A DNA stretch of 64,000 nucleotides from an uncultured Acidobacteriota bacterium (GCA_963794305.1 CAWCDQ010000017.1:80522-144521), one strand, 5' to 3'. Counted from the stretch's first letter, positions 47,112-58,471 are shown. The notes: generated by a model from the letters alone, not told the origin. Numbers and translations are program-made.

Positions 47112-49953
47112 TTACCGACGCTGTCTGTTCAGAGCGTCCAGCTTCACCTTCAACGCTTCGAGTCGTTGTCCGGCCTCGCCGAGTTTTCCCTCCGACGTCA
47201 GGCGCTGATACTCCTCGAGATCCCTGGCCGCGGCGCGGATCAGCTCGTTGGTGTCGGTCGACGCCGCTGGTGCCGACGGCGTTGCTCCGCCCGCGGCGGG
47301 CGGGTTCGGCGTTGCGGGCTGCGGCGCGCCTGGCGCCGTCGCCAGCGTCGATTGCCCGTTGCCGAACAACGCCGCCATCGCGACTTCGAAGGTCGGCCCG
47401 TACACCAGACGGTCCTGCAGTGCCAGGACGACGAGCCGAAGCTCCGGCATCGGGCTCCGCTCGGCCTGCAGATACACCGGCTCCGCATACAAGAGCGCGC
47501 GTCCCACCGGTATGACGAGGAGCCCTCCTCGCCGCACGTGCGATCCTTGCTGGTTCCACAACGAGAGCTGTCCCGACAGCTGCGCGTTCTGATCGATTCG
47601 CGCTTCCACCTGCAGCGGGCCGTCGACGAGTTTCGTCTTCGGGAAGTCGTAGACGACGACCTTGCCGTAGTTCGCGCCGTCGCTGCGTCCCGCGATCCAG
47701 CCGATGAGGTTGTTTCGGTTCGCCGGCGTGAAAGGCAGAATGCCGACGAACTCCGAAGTCTTCTCGCCGGGCAGCGTCATCAGGACGAAGTTCGGCTCCA
47801 TGACCTGGGCCGGCTGGCCGCGATCCGCGCGCGTTCCGCCTTCGGCCGCCACGCTCCAGAGATCCTCGCGGTTGTAGAACACGCCGGGATCCGTCATGTG
47901 ATAGAGCCCGAACACCGCCGCCTGCATCTGCAGCAGGAGCTCGGGGTACCGCACGTGCGATCGCATCGGCGCCGGCATGGCCGATCCGTCCTTGAAGAGG
48001 CTCGGGAAGATGCCGCGATAGGCCGCGATCATCGGATCCTGATTGTCGAAGACGTAGAACGTCGTCGTGCCGTCGTAGGCATCGACGATGGCCTTGATGC
48101 TGTTGCGCATGTAGTTCACGCGATCGCGGCCCAGGCGAAAATGCCGTGCGTAGGGAAACGACTCGGACGTCGTGAAGCCGTCCATCATCCACACGAGGCG
48201 GCCGTCGTCGCCGACGATGATGTAGGGATCTTCGTCGAAGGTGAGGAACGGCGCGAGCGCGGTCACGCGATCGCGGATGCCGCGGCGCATCAGCAGCCGG
48301 CTCTCCGCGTTCACATCGTCGCTGAATGGAAGCTTGGCGAGGTCGCCGCGGTCGAGCGCGATGATCAGCCGGCGGAAGAAGCCGCCGAGCTGGATGCCGC
48401 CGTTCCCTTCGTACGACGTCAGGCTGTTGGTCTCGCCCTGCGGATAGTTGAACTCCTTCTGCCGGGTCTTCACGTACACGTCGGTGCTGGTGAGCTCGCC
48501 GAAGTAGATCTCCGGCCGCGTGACGGCGATCGAGGGAATCGTGCTCTGGACCGGCATGTTCGCGAGGACCAGCGTCGGCAGACCTTCGGGCGTGAACCCG
48601 TTGACGGGGTTCATCGTGACGCCATAGCCGTGGGTGTAGATCAGCTTCTCGTTGATCCAGTTGCGGCTGCTCTCGGGCAGCTTCTCGACGTTCAACTCGC
48701 GAGCCGCGAGCATCATCTGACGCGTCGAGCCGTTGACGGTGTAGCGATCGATGTCGATATCGGGAAAGTCGTAGTACGTGCGGATCTCCTGAATCTGCCG
48801 CAGCGTGTCCTGAAGGGCGCGCCAGTCCCAGAGTCGGATGTTCTGCAGCGTGTCCTGGTTGTGAGCGGCGTCCACCGCCTCCACGCCGATGTCGGCGGGG
48901 AAGGCATGCTGCTCGATCCGGTCCAGCCCGAACGCTTTCCGCGTCATCTCGATGTTGTGCGAAATGAACGGCGCCTCGCGCACCAGCTCGTTCGGCTTGA
49001 CGATGAAGCTCGTGACGTACCAGCTCGCGATTCCGGTGACGATGTAGCAGGCCGCCGCCGGTGCGACAGCCAGCACCAGCCAGCGGACGCGCGGCGCCGA
49101 AACCGCGTTGACGAGCGCCAGCAGGCCGCCGACGGCGAGGGCGATCGAGACCACGAGCATGCCGGTCAGCGTGACGTGCGCTTCCGTATAGGTGACGCCG
49201 GCAAAGATCGTGTGATCCTCGAACAGCTGCTCGAATCGTCCGAGGTAGACGCGCGCCGCGAGCATGAACATGACGAACGCAAAGGCGATCGACAGCCCGC
49301 GCCAGGCGGGGGCGCTCGAGTCGCGGCGGCCGCCGAGCATCCGCGTCCCGCCGGTGATCATCACGAAAAACGCCGCCATCGCGCCGACGATCACCGAGAG
49401 CGTCATCAGCCAGCCGCTGATCAGCTGCCATGCCGGCAGCGTGAACAGGTAGAACGGCAGCGGCCGTCCGAAGATCGGGTCCGCCATCGCCGGGCCCGCG
49501 CGGAGGACCGCCTCGGATCCGGCCTGCCAGAAGAGCGCGAGGACGTTCCACTCGCTCATGATCGCGGCGCCGGTCGCCGCGGCGATCACGAACGAGCCGC
49601 CGAGCGCGACGAGACGGATGACCGGCTCGACCGGCAGCTTGATTGGCTGGCCGTTGATCAGGATTGGCAGCCCCGCCAGCTCCCCGAGCCTTGGCGGCTT
49701 CAGCGCGAGAAACGCGCCGTACAGGATCAGAAACGTCGCCACCGCAAAGAACGTGAACGTCTGGCCCTGGAGCCGCAGGCTGGTCCAGAACACGTCGGCG
49801 ACGCCGAGTGACTCGAACCAGAGCGCCTCGACGTAATAGGAGAGGACGGTGCCGACGCCGAACACGAGGACGGCGAGCGACGGCGAGCAGGATAGGCAGG
49901 CCGCGCCGCCGCCGCGGTTGGCGCGGCGGCGGCCAGTCGATGGTATCGGCCAT
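47112..49953 (-). CDS. UPF0182-family large membrane protein (~947 aa); one frameshift near 49880
   Basis: ORF 47112-49865 has the YYVEALWFESLG...VFWT start of the family, seven or so N-terminal TM segments and a large C-terminal domain. The true N-terminus MADTIDWPPPRQPRRRRGLPILLAVA lies in another frame from ATG 49953. Confidence 0.8.
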
Positions 49954-50016
49954 AACAGAAGCTAGTAGCGTCGGCTCTCAGCTGTCAGCCCGGCGCTGAG
50001 AGCCTTCAGCAGATAG

Positions 50017-50680
50017 CTACCGCATTTTCACCGCGAATCCTTCGACATGAAGGTTGAGATTGTGGTTCACGCGCAGGCCGGGCGTGCCCGCCGTGTCCAG
50101 CTTTCGCGGCGTCGATCGATGTGACCTCCGTGCCGTTCACCAGGAAGCGCACCTTGTCCTTCCCGACTTCGATCGCCAGCGTGTTGCTCATCTTGCCGCT
50201 GCTGTCCGGCTTCTTGATCGCGGCGCTATCGGTCCAGTCCACGATCGTCGGCGTGTCGGCGCCGGCGCGGCGCTTGATCATGTATTTCCCGTCCTGCCGC
50301 ACGATGAAATACGTGTACTTCTGGCCCGCGGCGTCGAGGCTCGCGCCGCCGATGAACAGGCCGTACGCCTCGGGGTGCGCGGCCGGCTCCATCTGCGTGA
50401 ACGTCGCGTGCGTCTCGTACGCGCCGGTCGCGCTGTCGCTTGGCTTGTAATAGATGCCGGCGGGTCCGGTCATGAAGTGGACGCCGCCGCCCATCTGCGA
50501 CGCCTTCACGCCGGCCAGGCTCTTGTCGCCGGAATCGACGCGCCCCTTCCACCCGGAGGGCAGCGTGCCGGGTCCGGCCGTCTTCTTGTCCGGATCGGCC
50601 CCGTGCTCCGCCGGATGTTGCGCCAGGAGCGGGATCGCCGCCAGTCCAATCGCCGCGATCGCGAGAAACAGCTTCTTCAT
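50017..50680 (-). CDS. hypothetical secreted protein (~220 aa); one frameshift near 50102
   Basis: ATG 50680 gives MKKLFLAIAAIGLAAIPLLAQ. After ...TEVTSIDAAK the sensible continuation LDTAGTPGLRVNHNLNLHVEGFAVKMR-stop (TAG 50017-50019) is in another frame. Confidence 0.5.
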
Positions 50681-50710
50681 GCCTCGAATTATTCCACGTT
50701 TGGGAGTGAC

Positions 50711-50797
50711 GAACCGAAGAAACCGCAAAGATCGCGAAGCACGCAGAGAAGGAATGGTCTCTGCGATCTTAGCGGTCTCCGCGGTTTCTTCTTATCG
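50711..50797. repeat. family B palindrome between the TonB-type receptor stop and the next gene
   Basis: gaagaaaccgcaaagatcgcgaagcacgcagagaa - ggaatgg - tctctgcgatcttagcggtctccgcggtttcttc. Ends 2 nt before the TAA at 50800-50802. Confidence 0.8.
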
Positions 50798-50799
50798 TC

Positions 50800-53700
50800 T
50801 TACCAGTAGAACTTCAATCCCAGCTGAATCTCGCGCGGCGCGCGCGTGGCGAGAATCTGCCCGAACGTGTCGTTCGACGGGTTGCACGTCGTCAGGCTCG
50901 TCAGACAGGTGTTGTCGAGCCCGGCGACGTTCGGGTCGGCCAGCCACTGCGTGTGGTTGAACGCGTTGATGGCATCGGCCCGGAACTGCAGCCGCTGCGT
51001 GCGATTGAACGTCCAGTTCTTCGACAGCGACAGGTCGGTCTGGTTGCGTCCCGGCTGGCGCCATTCCGCGCGCACCGAGTTGCCGTACGTGCCGTCGGCC
51101 GCGGGCGCGTACGCGTTGGGATTGAACCAATAGAGATTCGCCGTCTGGTCGCCGGCGCCAGGGTCGCCGACGATGTTCGGACGGCCGCCGCGGAGGAAGC
51201 CGTTGGTGTTTTCGGAAATGCGAGACACCGGCTGGCCCGAGTTGATCGACGTGAGGCCGGCAATCTGCCAGCCGGCGAACACCGCCTTCAGGAACCCGTT
51301 CGGCGACGACTTCATGAATGGAATCTCGTACACGTAGTTCGCCGTGAAGATGTGGCGGCGATCGGTGCGGGCGTCGGCGTACTCGACGGCGAGGTTGTGC
51401 GGATCCTGCGGGATGTCCACCGCGTCGCGATCGTTGGTGGAATCGGTCCGGTTGCGGCTGAGCGTGTAGTTCAGCGTCAGCGAGCCTGCGGCGCCGCCGT
51501 TGTGCCGGAAGCTCGAGAGAATCCCCCAGTAGTTGCTGCGCGCCGTCGTCTCGCGCAGCGTGATCGCGCCGTAGCCCTGGTAAGGCCGCGCGAGGTTGAC
51601 CGAGCCGAGCCGCAGCACGTCGGCCGGGTTCGGATAGTTGATGTCGATCGGCCGGATCAGATGATCGCCGTGCGCGCCGACATAGCTGACATCCAGCGCT
51701 CCGCGCGCGTAGAGCTGTTGCTGAACGCCCGCGCTCCATTCCTGCGTGCGCGGCGTCTTGAAGTCGTCGCCGTTGCCGATGAGCGCCAGCACGCCGGTGG
51801 TCGCCGACGTCGTGCCGCTGCCCGGGTTGGACAGCTTCGGGTTCAGGATGCTGACCGTGTTCACGAACGGCGGATTGGTGAACGAGTTCTGCTCGAAGAT
51901 CCCGACCAGCGCCTGGTCGTAGTAGATGCCGTACGAGCTCCGGTAGATCGTGCGTCCTTCCGACCTGGGATCCCAGGTGACCCCGATGCGCGGCTGGATG
52001 TTGCCCTTGTCGAATGAGTAGATCGCGTCGCCGAACGGCGAGGTTTTGCCGGCGACGATGATGCCGTTGAGCGGATCGCCGGTGCCGGCCGTGATCAGCG
52101 TGCACGCCGCGTTGGCGCACCTCGGCGCGTTGGCGGCGACGTAGGCCGACGGCAGGAAATTGGTGAGCACGTTGTTCGCGTCGGTGATCGGCGGGTAGAG
52201 CGAGTAGCGGACTCCGTAGTCCACGGTGATGTTGGCCGCCGGCTTCCAGCTGTCCTGCGCGAACATCTCGTAGCGGTTGAAGCGCAGATGTTCGGTCACG
52301 TCGTTCTGCGCTTCGCTGTACGTGCACGCGTTGCCGCAGAGGCCGTCGGCATTGCCGCTCAGGAAGTTGTAGAACGCCGTGCGCCCGCCGCCGGCCGCGA
52401 ACACGAACGTGCCCTGTGTGACGTTCGACGCGTTTTCGTTCTTCTGCTCGAACGTCATCAGGCCGCCGAACTTGATCGCGTGCGATCCCCGCTGCCACGT
52501 GAAGCTGTCGGTGATCGTGTAGTTCTTGTAGACGATGTTGTAGAGCTGGTTCGCCCCGACCAGCGACAGTTGCCCCGTCACGTTCACGAGCGGCATCACG
52601 CCGAGATCGTTGCCGGGAAAGATCTCGGGGATGTTCAGGCCGAGCGACGATCGAAGGTTCCGATCGGCAGCCTGGTTCGTGTCGGAGATCGTGTTGCCCG
52701 AGAACTGAAACTGCAGCTCGTTGAGCTTCGATCCGCCGTGCGTCGATCGCAGGATCGCCGCCGCCACCTGGCCGGGCACGTTCGTGTCGGTGGTCGCGAC
52801 GTTCGGTACGGGGACGGTGTTGAAGAGGCCGGTCGGCTCCTCGGTGAAGCTGTTGTCGTGGGAGTAGCGGCCGGTCAGACGGTAGGTCGGGCTGAGATCG
52901 TAGTCGACCTTCACCACCTCCTGGCGCGTGTTGTTGATCGTCGGCTGCGTGCTCAGGAACTGCAGGCGGCCGGGAACGTTCGGCGTCGGGAAGAGGCCGA
53001 GGACCTTCAAGGCGTTCGGATCGCGCAGTGCCGGCGGCACGTAGTTCGGGTTGGTCGTGTCCGTCAGCCACGCCGGATCGTAGGTCGTCACGTTCAGCGC
53101 GGTCGGCGCGCGGTTGATCCGGCGCGCCTCCTCCGAGAAGAAGAAGAACATCCTGCTCGGAATCACCGGGCCGCCGACGGTGGCGCCGAAGTTGTTGTAC
53201 TTCAACGGCGGCGGCGTGCTGTTGATCGCCGGGTCCGGGTTCAGATTGCGGAAGTACGAATTGGCGTTGAACTTGTCGCTGCGAAGGAACTCGTAGGCGC
53301 TTCCAGAAAATCGTGATGACCCCGACTTGGTCACGACGTTGATGACGCCGCCGCCGCTGCGCGGCCACTCGGCCTGGTAGCCGTTGGTGATGATCTTGAA
53401 CTCCTCGATCGATTCGAGGCTCGGCGTCGACAGCAGCGTGATGTTCGATCCGACGTCGACGTTCGACGCGCCATCCACCAGCCAGTTCACGGCATTGCGG
53501 CGCGAGCCGTTGATCGACATGCTGACCGTGCTGCTGAGGCCGACGCCGACTTCGTCCGCCAGGTCGCTCGACACGCCCGGGGCCAGCGTGGCCAGCTGGA
53601 CGAAGTTGCGGTTGTTGAGCGGCAACTCCTTCACCTGCGTCGACGTGATGGTCGACTGGAGCGCGGCGATGGGTTGCACCAGCGATTGCCCCGCGGACAC

Positions 53701-54048
53701 CTCGACGCTTTCGGCGACGCCGCCGACGCTCAGTTTTCCGTCGAGCTTGAGCCGATCGTTGACGTGCAGGGTGATGTTCTTCAGGGTCACCGACTGAAAG
53801 CCGGAAAGCTCGAACGTCACTTCGTACTGGCCGACGGGCAGAAGCGACGCCGTGTAGGCGCCCGCCTCGTTGGTGACGAAGGTATGCGACGTGCTGGTGT
53901 TGGTGTTCTTGATCGTCACCGAAACGCCCGGCAGGACTCCGCCGGTCTGGTCGCTGGTGACGCCTGTAATCGTTCCTGTGGTTTCCTGCGCCGCCGCCGC
54001 GACACCGAACGTCGCGGCAAGCAGCATCATCAGCCCGAGCCTCCGCAT
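50800..54048 (-). CDS. TonB-dependent-receptor-like outer-membrane protein with N-terminal CarboxypepD_reg domain
   Basis: Intact 1082 aa. Signal MRRLGLMMLLAATFGVAAAAQ. ITGVTSDQTGGVLPGVSVTIKN (carboxypeptidase-regulatory fold), plug-like LPLNNRNFVQL, and the beta-barrel terminus LGLKFYW. Confidence 0.8.
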   Translation of the reverse strand: MRRLGLMMLLAATFGVAAAAQETTGTITGVTSDQTGGVLPGVSVTIKNTNTSTSHTFVTNEAGAYTASLLPVGQYEVTFELSGFQSVTLKNITLHVNDRLKLDGKLSVGGVAESVEVSAGQSLVQPIAALQSTITSTQVKELPLNNRNFVQLATLAPGVSSDLADEVGVGLSSTVSMSINGSRRNAVNWLVDGASNVDVGSNITLLSTPSLESIEEFKIITNGYQAEWPRSGGGVINVVTKSGSSRFSGSAYEFLRSDKFNANSYFRNLNPDPAINSTPPPLKYNNFGATVGGPVIPSRMFFFFSEEARRINRAPTALNVTTYDPAWLTDTTNPNYVPPALRDPNALKVLGLFPTPNVPGRLQFLSTQPTINNTRQEVVKVDYDLSPTYRLTGRYSHDNSFTEEPTGLFNTVPVPNVATTDTNVPGQVAAAILRSTHGGSKLNELQFQFSGNTISDTNQAADRNLRSSLGLNIPEIFPGNDLGVMPLVNVTGQLSLVGANQLYNIVYKNYTITDSFTWQRGSHAIKFGGLMTFEQKNENASNVTQGTFVFAAGGGRTAFYNFLSGNADGLCGNACTYSEAQNDVTEHLRFNRYEMFAQDSWKPAANITVDYGVRYSLYPPITDANNVLTNFLPSAYVAANAPRCANAACTLITAGTGDPLNGIIVAGKTSPFGDAIYSFDKGNIQPRIGVTWDPRSEGRTIYRSSYGIYYDQALVGIFEQNSFTNPPFVNTVSILNPKLSNPGSGTTSATTGVLALIGNGDDFKTPRTQEWSAGVQQQLYARGALDVSYVGAHGDHLIRPIDINYPNPADVLRLGSVNLARPYQGYGAITLRETTARSNYWGILSSFRHNGGAAGSLTLNYTLSRNRTDSTNDRDAVDIPQDPHNLAVEYADARTDRRHIFTANYVYEIPFMKSSPNGFLKAVFAGWQIAGLTSINSGQPVSRISENTNGFLRGGRPNIVGDPGAGDQTANLYWFNPNAYAPAADGTYGNSVRAEWRQPGRNQTDLSLSKNWTFNRTQRLQFRADAINAFNHTQWLADPNVAGLDNTCLTSLTTCNPSNDTFGQILATRAPREIQLGLKFYW

Positions 54049-54076
54049 GCTTGATCTCCTTTAGGTAATTGCAGAG

Positions 54077-54144
54077 TTCAGATTTCAGACTTCAGATTTT
54101 AGTTCTACTCGACTTCTCACTTCTCACTTCTACCTTCTCACTTT
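54077..54144. repeat. two adjacent short tandem arrays (TTCAGANN x3, ACTTCTC x4)
   Basis: ttcagatttcagacttcagatttt (54077-54100) and acttctc acttctc acttcta ccttctc actt (54112-54144). Not mutually complementary. Lies in the leader of the TonB-type gene and overlaps the cytochrome c stop. Confidence 0.75.
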
Positions 54145-54750
54145 ATCCCGTAGTCCTTGCCGCCGTAGTCCTGCTCGACGGCGCCGGGAATCGTGACCGC
54201 GTTGCCGGCCACCGGATCCGGAATCTTGTGAGCTATCGGTTTCAGGTGGCGCAGGTACACCACGACCGCATGGCGATCCTCTTCGCTCCAGTTCGAGAAG
54301 ACCGGCCACGGCATCGCCGTGCCCGGCACGACATGGCCATCAGGGAACGTGCCGCTGCGCAGCACGCGCTTCAATTCGTCGTCGGTTCGGCGTCCGATGC
54401 CGGTCTCCTGATCGGGAGTCAGATTGCGGCTGATGATAGGTGCCGTGCGGAGTCTGAACCTTCAAGGCGCCGCCGGCCAGGTACTTCGTCAGGTCCGGCC
54501 CCTGCGGACCGTTCGTCGCGTGACAACCGATGCAGCCGGCCGTCATCACGAGATAGCGTCCGCGCGCCGCGATCGCGCGCTGCGCCGGATCGGCGATATC
54601 GGTGACCCCCGGCGCGGCGCCGGCCAGCGCCTTGCCGAATTCTTCGGGCGGCGTGATGAAGAACGGCGGGATGAAGTAGAGAAACGCGCCAAGGCCGCAC
54701 ACGGCGACGACCGCCAGGAGCACGAGCGTCCACTTGAGAAATGTCTTCAT
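54138..54750 (-). CDS. membrane-anchored monohaem cytochrome c; one frameshift near 54434
   Basis: ATG 54750 gives MKTFLKWTLVLLAVVAVCGLGAFLYFI (signal anchor), CIGCH haem motif, then ...HGTY/ISRNLTPDQETGIGRRTDDELKRVLRSGTFPDG.... It may instead be fused to the upstream cytochrome (see findings). Confidence 0.6.
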
Positions 54751-56028
54751 CACTGGCGCTCCCTTCGCGCCCGCATTGCCGGAGAAGAACACCATGGGCG
54801 GATCGTCGCCGAGGATCAGCATCTTGAACTTGCCCCACAGGTAGACGGGCAGGAAGGGCCGCGCCGGCGGCGGGACTCTGTTCGACACCGCCGGCACTGT
54901 CCGCAGGTACGCGACGATCGCGTCGAGATCGTCGCCCGTCAGCGTCGAATACGAGCCGTAGTCCATCGGAAACGGAAGCAGGCGTGAGCCGTCGCGCAGG
55001 ATGCCCCTGGTGATGACGCGCTTGATCTCGTCGTTGGTCCAGTCGCCGAGGCCGGTCGCCTTGTCCGACGTCAGGTTGCCGGTCGGGAACTCGCCGAACG
55101 GCACGATGCGGATGCGCATGCCGCCTGCCAGCCTCATCCCAGGGAGGATCCGCTTCTGCTCGTCGACCGGCGAATGACATACCACGCAGCCGAGCGTCTC
55201 CACGAGCTGAGCGCCGCGCCTCACCGGGTCGGCCTTCGCCTGCGCCGCCTGCTGCGCATAGAACTCCTCGACTTCCGCGGCGGTCATCGACCAGACTGGC
55301 TTGCGCGCGAGCGAGACGACGTAGTTGGCGAGGTCCCACATCTCCACGTCGCTCGCCGCGTCCGCGAATGACGGCATCGGCGTGCCGGTCATGCCGGTGC
55401 GGAACCGCAGGTAGATGTCGCGCGACGTTCGCGCCGCCGTGGAACGTCCACGGCTCGGTGAGATCCGCGGCGCGCAGCGGCATCCGCCAGTCGTCTTCGA
55501 ACGTGGTCGCGACCGCTCCGGTGCCGCGCCCGTCGGTGCCGTGGCACTTGCCGCATTGCAGCTTGTCGTACGCCTGCTGGCCGCGCGCCACGCTGGCGGG
55601 CGAGCTCGGAAGCCCTTCGCCGATGTTGATGGGTTTCGGCGGCTGCGCGCCGAACTGAGGCGAGAGCGACTTCACGTACTGCACGACGTCGTTGATGTCG
55701 GCGTCAGACAGGATGCGATCCCAGCCGGGCATGGCGGTGCCGTAGAGGCCGCGGCGCACGGACCCGATCAGATCGTCGTCGCTCGGCATCGTGCCTGATT
55801 CGGTCGACCGTATCTTGTACTTGGCCGTCGTGAAGTCGCGCGGCCGCGGAACCAGGTACGCCGCGGACGGTCCGTCGCCCTTGCCGACGCTGCCATGACA
55901 CTCGACGCAGTGCGCGTCGTACACCGCCTTGCCGCGCGGCTGCGCGTCGACGGCCACTCTCGACTGCCAGAGCAGGCCGGCAACGAGCGCCGCCTGCAGC
56001 GCGACAGGCGCACACGTACGCCGCGCAT
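54750..56028 (-). CDS. trihaem c-type cytochrome; frameshifts near 56008 and 55427, 3' end uncertain
   Basis: ATG 56028 gives MRGVRV then, after a shift, PVALQAALVAGLLWQSRVAVDAQPRGKAVYDAHCVECHG. CGKCH and CVVCH follow. Joins at ...TFHGGA/SRDIYLRFRTGMTGTPMPSF.... A TGA at 54750-54752 (TGATG with the next ATG) is out of frame by one base. Confidence 0.6.
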
Positions 56029-56052
56029 GGGACTCTTCAAACCATCAACTCC

Positions 56053-57031
56053 TCAGGGTACGAGAACAATCTTGCCGAGCGCTCCCGGCTCCATGACCGC
56101 CTCGTGCGCGCGCGCGGCCTCGGCGATCGGAATCTCGCGTCCGACGACGGGATTGAGCGTGCCGTTGGCGAGGCCGCTGATCAGCGCGGCGTGGATCTCG
56201 ACGAAGTCGCCGTCGCCGACGTTGAAGAGCGTCATGCCGAGGATCGCGGCGTCCCGGCCCATGGCCTGCCGGGCGTCGATTTCCGTCTTGCCGCGGTTGC
56301 CCACCACGACGATGCGTCCGTGTTTCGCGAGGAGGCCGAGATCGCGATCGAGGTTCACGTGCGCTGCCATCTCAACAACCAGGTCAACGCCTTTGCCGCC
56401 GGTCGCGCGCAGAATCTCGTCGGTGTATCCCGCCTCGCGATGATTGACGACCACTGTCGGCACCGTGCTCGCGCGCGGCCGCCAGCCCCCGATCGGTTCC
56501 CCCGGTGCCGATCACCGTCAGCCCGCGCGCATGCGCCAGCTCCACGCACGCGATCCCGACGCCGCCGGTCGCGCCGTGGATCAGCACGGTCTCGCCCGGC
56601 CTCGCGTGCGCGCGCTGAAACAAGGCGCGGTAGGCCGTGCAGTAGGGGACACCCAGTGCCGCGCCCTGGCCGAACGACACGCGCGCGGGCAGCGGATGCA
56701 GCTGCGACGCGGCGCAGAGCGCGAGCTCGGCGTAGGTGCCGGCGCCGGCGGCCGTGTTCCCGACACCGGAGATGTACACACGATCGCCCGCTTTGAACTC
56801 CTTGACGTCGCTGCCGGCCGATTGGACTTCGCCCGCGCCATCCTGTCCCGGCGTGTACGGCAGCGCGGGCTTGCGCGCGTACGTGCCGCTGTGCATGTAG
56901 GCGTCGACCGGGTTGACGCCCGCCGCACGCACGCGCACGACGACTTGACCTGGCCCGGCGGCCGGATCGGGCACCTCTTCCAGCTTCATCACGGCGGGTC
57001 CGCCGTACTCGTGAACTCGAATCGCTTTCAT
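56053..57031 (-). CDS. NADPH:quinone oxidoreductase (zeta-crystallin-type MDR); one frameshift near 56465
   Basis: MKAIRVHEYGGPAVMKLEEV, GVNPVD, HGATGGVGIACVELA (Rossmann). Joins at ...AAREHGAD/TVVNHREAGY.... C-terminus GKIVLVP. Confidence 0.8.
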
Positions 57032-57043
57032 GAATCCTCGACG

Positions 57044-57143
57044 GCAGGCCTGAAGGCCTGCACTACAGCTGATCACGGCAGACCTGAAGGTCTGCACTAC
57101 ACCTGCGTCGTCATCTGAAGTAGTGCAGGCCTTTAGGCCTGCC
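57044..57143. repeat. cluster of three family A-like REP hairpins (two direct, one inverted)
   Basis: gcaggcc-tgaa-ggcctgc+actacag (57044-57068), gcagacc-tgaa-ggtctgc+actacac (57078-57102), gtagt+gcaggcc-ttta-ggcctgc (57120-57142). Lies between the divergent qor and ispG genes. Confidence 0.85.
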
Positions 57144-57177
57144 ATGGCGAATGCCGTTGCGGTCCCGAGATGCTACC

Positions 57178-58419
57178 ATGGGATCTTCCATGCAACTGGT
57201 GAGGCTCCACAAGACGGTGGCCGTGAAGGTGGGTCACGTCCAGGTCGGCGGCGGCGCGCCCGTCGTCGTCCAGTCGATGACGATGACCGACACCGCGGAC
57301 GCACGCGCCACCGCGCAGCAGTGCATCGAGCTCGCCGAGGCCGGTTCGGAAATGGTGCGGGTGACCGTGAACGTGCCCGAGGCTGCCGCCGCGGTGCCGG
57401 AGATCAAACAGCGGATGCTCGATGCCGGCTGCACGGCGCCGCTCATCGGCGACTTCCACTACAACGGCCACCTGCTCCTCACGAAGTATCCCGACTGCGC
57501 GCGAGCGCTCGACAAGTACCGGATCAACCCGGGCAACGTGGGCACCGGCAAGCGGCGCGACGAACAATTCTCCACGATCTGCAAGGTCGCGGTGGACCAG
57601 GCCAGGCCGGTGCGGATCGGCGTCAACGGCGGCTCACTGAACCAGGAGCTCGTCGTCGCCAAAATGCAGGAGAACACCGATCGGGATCTGGGCAAGTCGT
57701 CGGAGGACATCATCAACGAGTGCATGGTGCTCTCGGCGATCGAGTCGACGGCCCTCGCGATCGAGAGCGGCCTGCGCAAGGATCAGATCATCATTTCGTG
57801 CAAGACGTCGCGACCGCGCGATCTGATCGCGGTGTACCGCGCGCTGGCGCGCCAGACCGATCAGCCGCTGCACCTGGGCCTCACCGAGGCCGGCATGGGC
57901 ACCAAGGGGCTGGTGTGGTCGTCGGCGGCGATGGGCGTGCTGCTCAGCGAAGGCATCGGCGACACCATTCGCGTGTCGCTCACGCCGAGGCCCAATGGCG
58001 ACCGGCGCGAGGAGGTGTACGCCGCCTGCGAGCTGCTCCAGGCGCTGGGCCTGCGATCGTTTTCGCCGAGCGTCACCGCGTGCCCCGGCTGCGGCCGTAC
58101 CACGAGCAGCACGTTTCAGGAACTCGCCGAGCGCATCCAGGACTACGTGCGCGACATGATGCCGACGTGGAAGACCTCGCACGAGGGCGTGGAAACGATG
58201 ACGCTTGCGGTCATGGGCTGCGTCGTGAACGGTCCGGGCGAATCGAAGGCGGCGAGCATCGGCATCAGTCTTCCCGGCACCGGCGAGGAGCCGAGCTGCC
58301 CGGTGTACATCGACGGGCATCACGTGAAGACCCTCCGCGGCACGTACGACGAGCTCGCCGCGGAGTTTCAGCGCCTCGTCGACACATATGTCGAGACGAC
58401 GTACGTGAAGAAAGGGTAG
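57178..58419 (+). CDS. ispG: 4-hydroxy-3-methylbut-2-enyl diphosphate synthase
   Basis: Intact. [32 protein letters not shown] and GCVVNGPGE motifs. Start is ATG 57178 or 57190. Confidence 0.9.
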   Translation: MGSSMQLVRLHKTVAVKVGHVQVGGGAPVVVQSMTMTDTADARATAQQCIELAEAGSEMVRVTVNVPEAAAAVPEIKQRMLDAGCTAPLIGDFHYNGHLLLTKYPDCARALDKYRINPGNVGTGKRRDEQFSTICKVAVDQARPVRIGVNGGSLNQELVVAKMQENTDRDLGKSSEDIINECMVLSAIESTALAIESGLRKDQIIISCKTSRPRDLIAVYRALARQTDQPLHLGLTEAGMGTKGLVWSSAAMGVLLSEGIGDTIRVSLTPRPNGDRREEVYAACELLQALGLRSFSPSVTACPGCGRTTSSTFQELAERIQDYVRDMMPTWKTSHEGVETMTLAVMGCVVNGPGESKAASIGISLPGTGEEPSCPVYIDGHHVKTLRGTYDELAAEFQRLVDTYVETTYVKKG

Positions 58420-58420
58420 G

Positions 58421-58471
58421 GGCGGACCCATGTGTCCGCCCGGGGGCGACATGCAAGTCGCCCCCTACGAG
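58421..58471. repeat. two family A-like hairpins between ispG and recQ
   Basis: ggcggac-ccatgt-gtccgcc (58421-58440) and gggggcgac-atgcaa-gtcgccccc (58442-58465), followed by tacgag. The recQ ATG sits in the second loop. Confidence 0.8.

Noticed and set aside
56384-57145. N-terminal extensions of listed ORFs that run into repeat elements (56384-57145 MAGLKACTT..., 60389-61882 MSIPSQSLFQHPKF..., 50006-50728 MRFLRFVTPK..., 12321-12533 tail ...KSTGDQEAKSIVGLVFFKTLPSLIS).
   Set aside because: These segments are translations of REP, palindrome or IS-end sequences. Conserved family N-termini or C-termini and good start/stop codons lie inside them.
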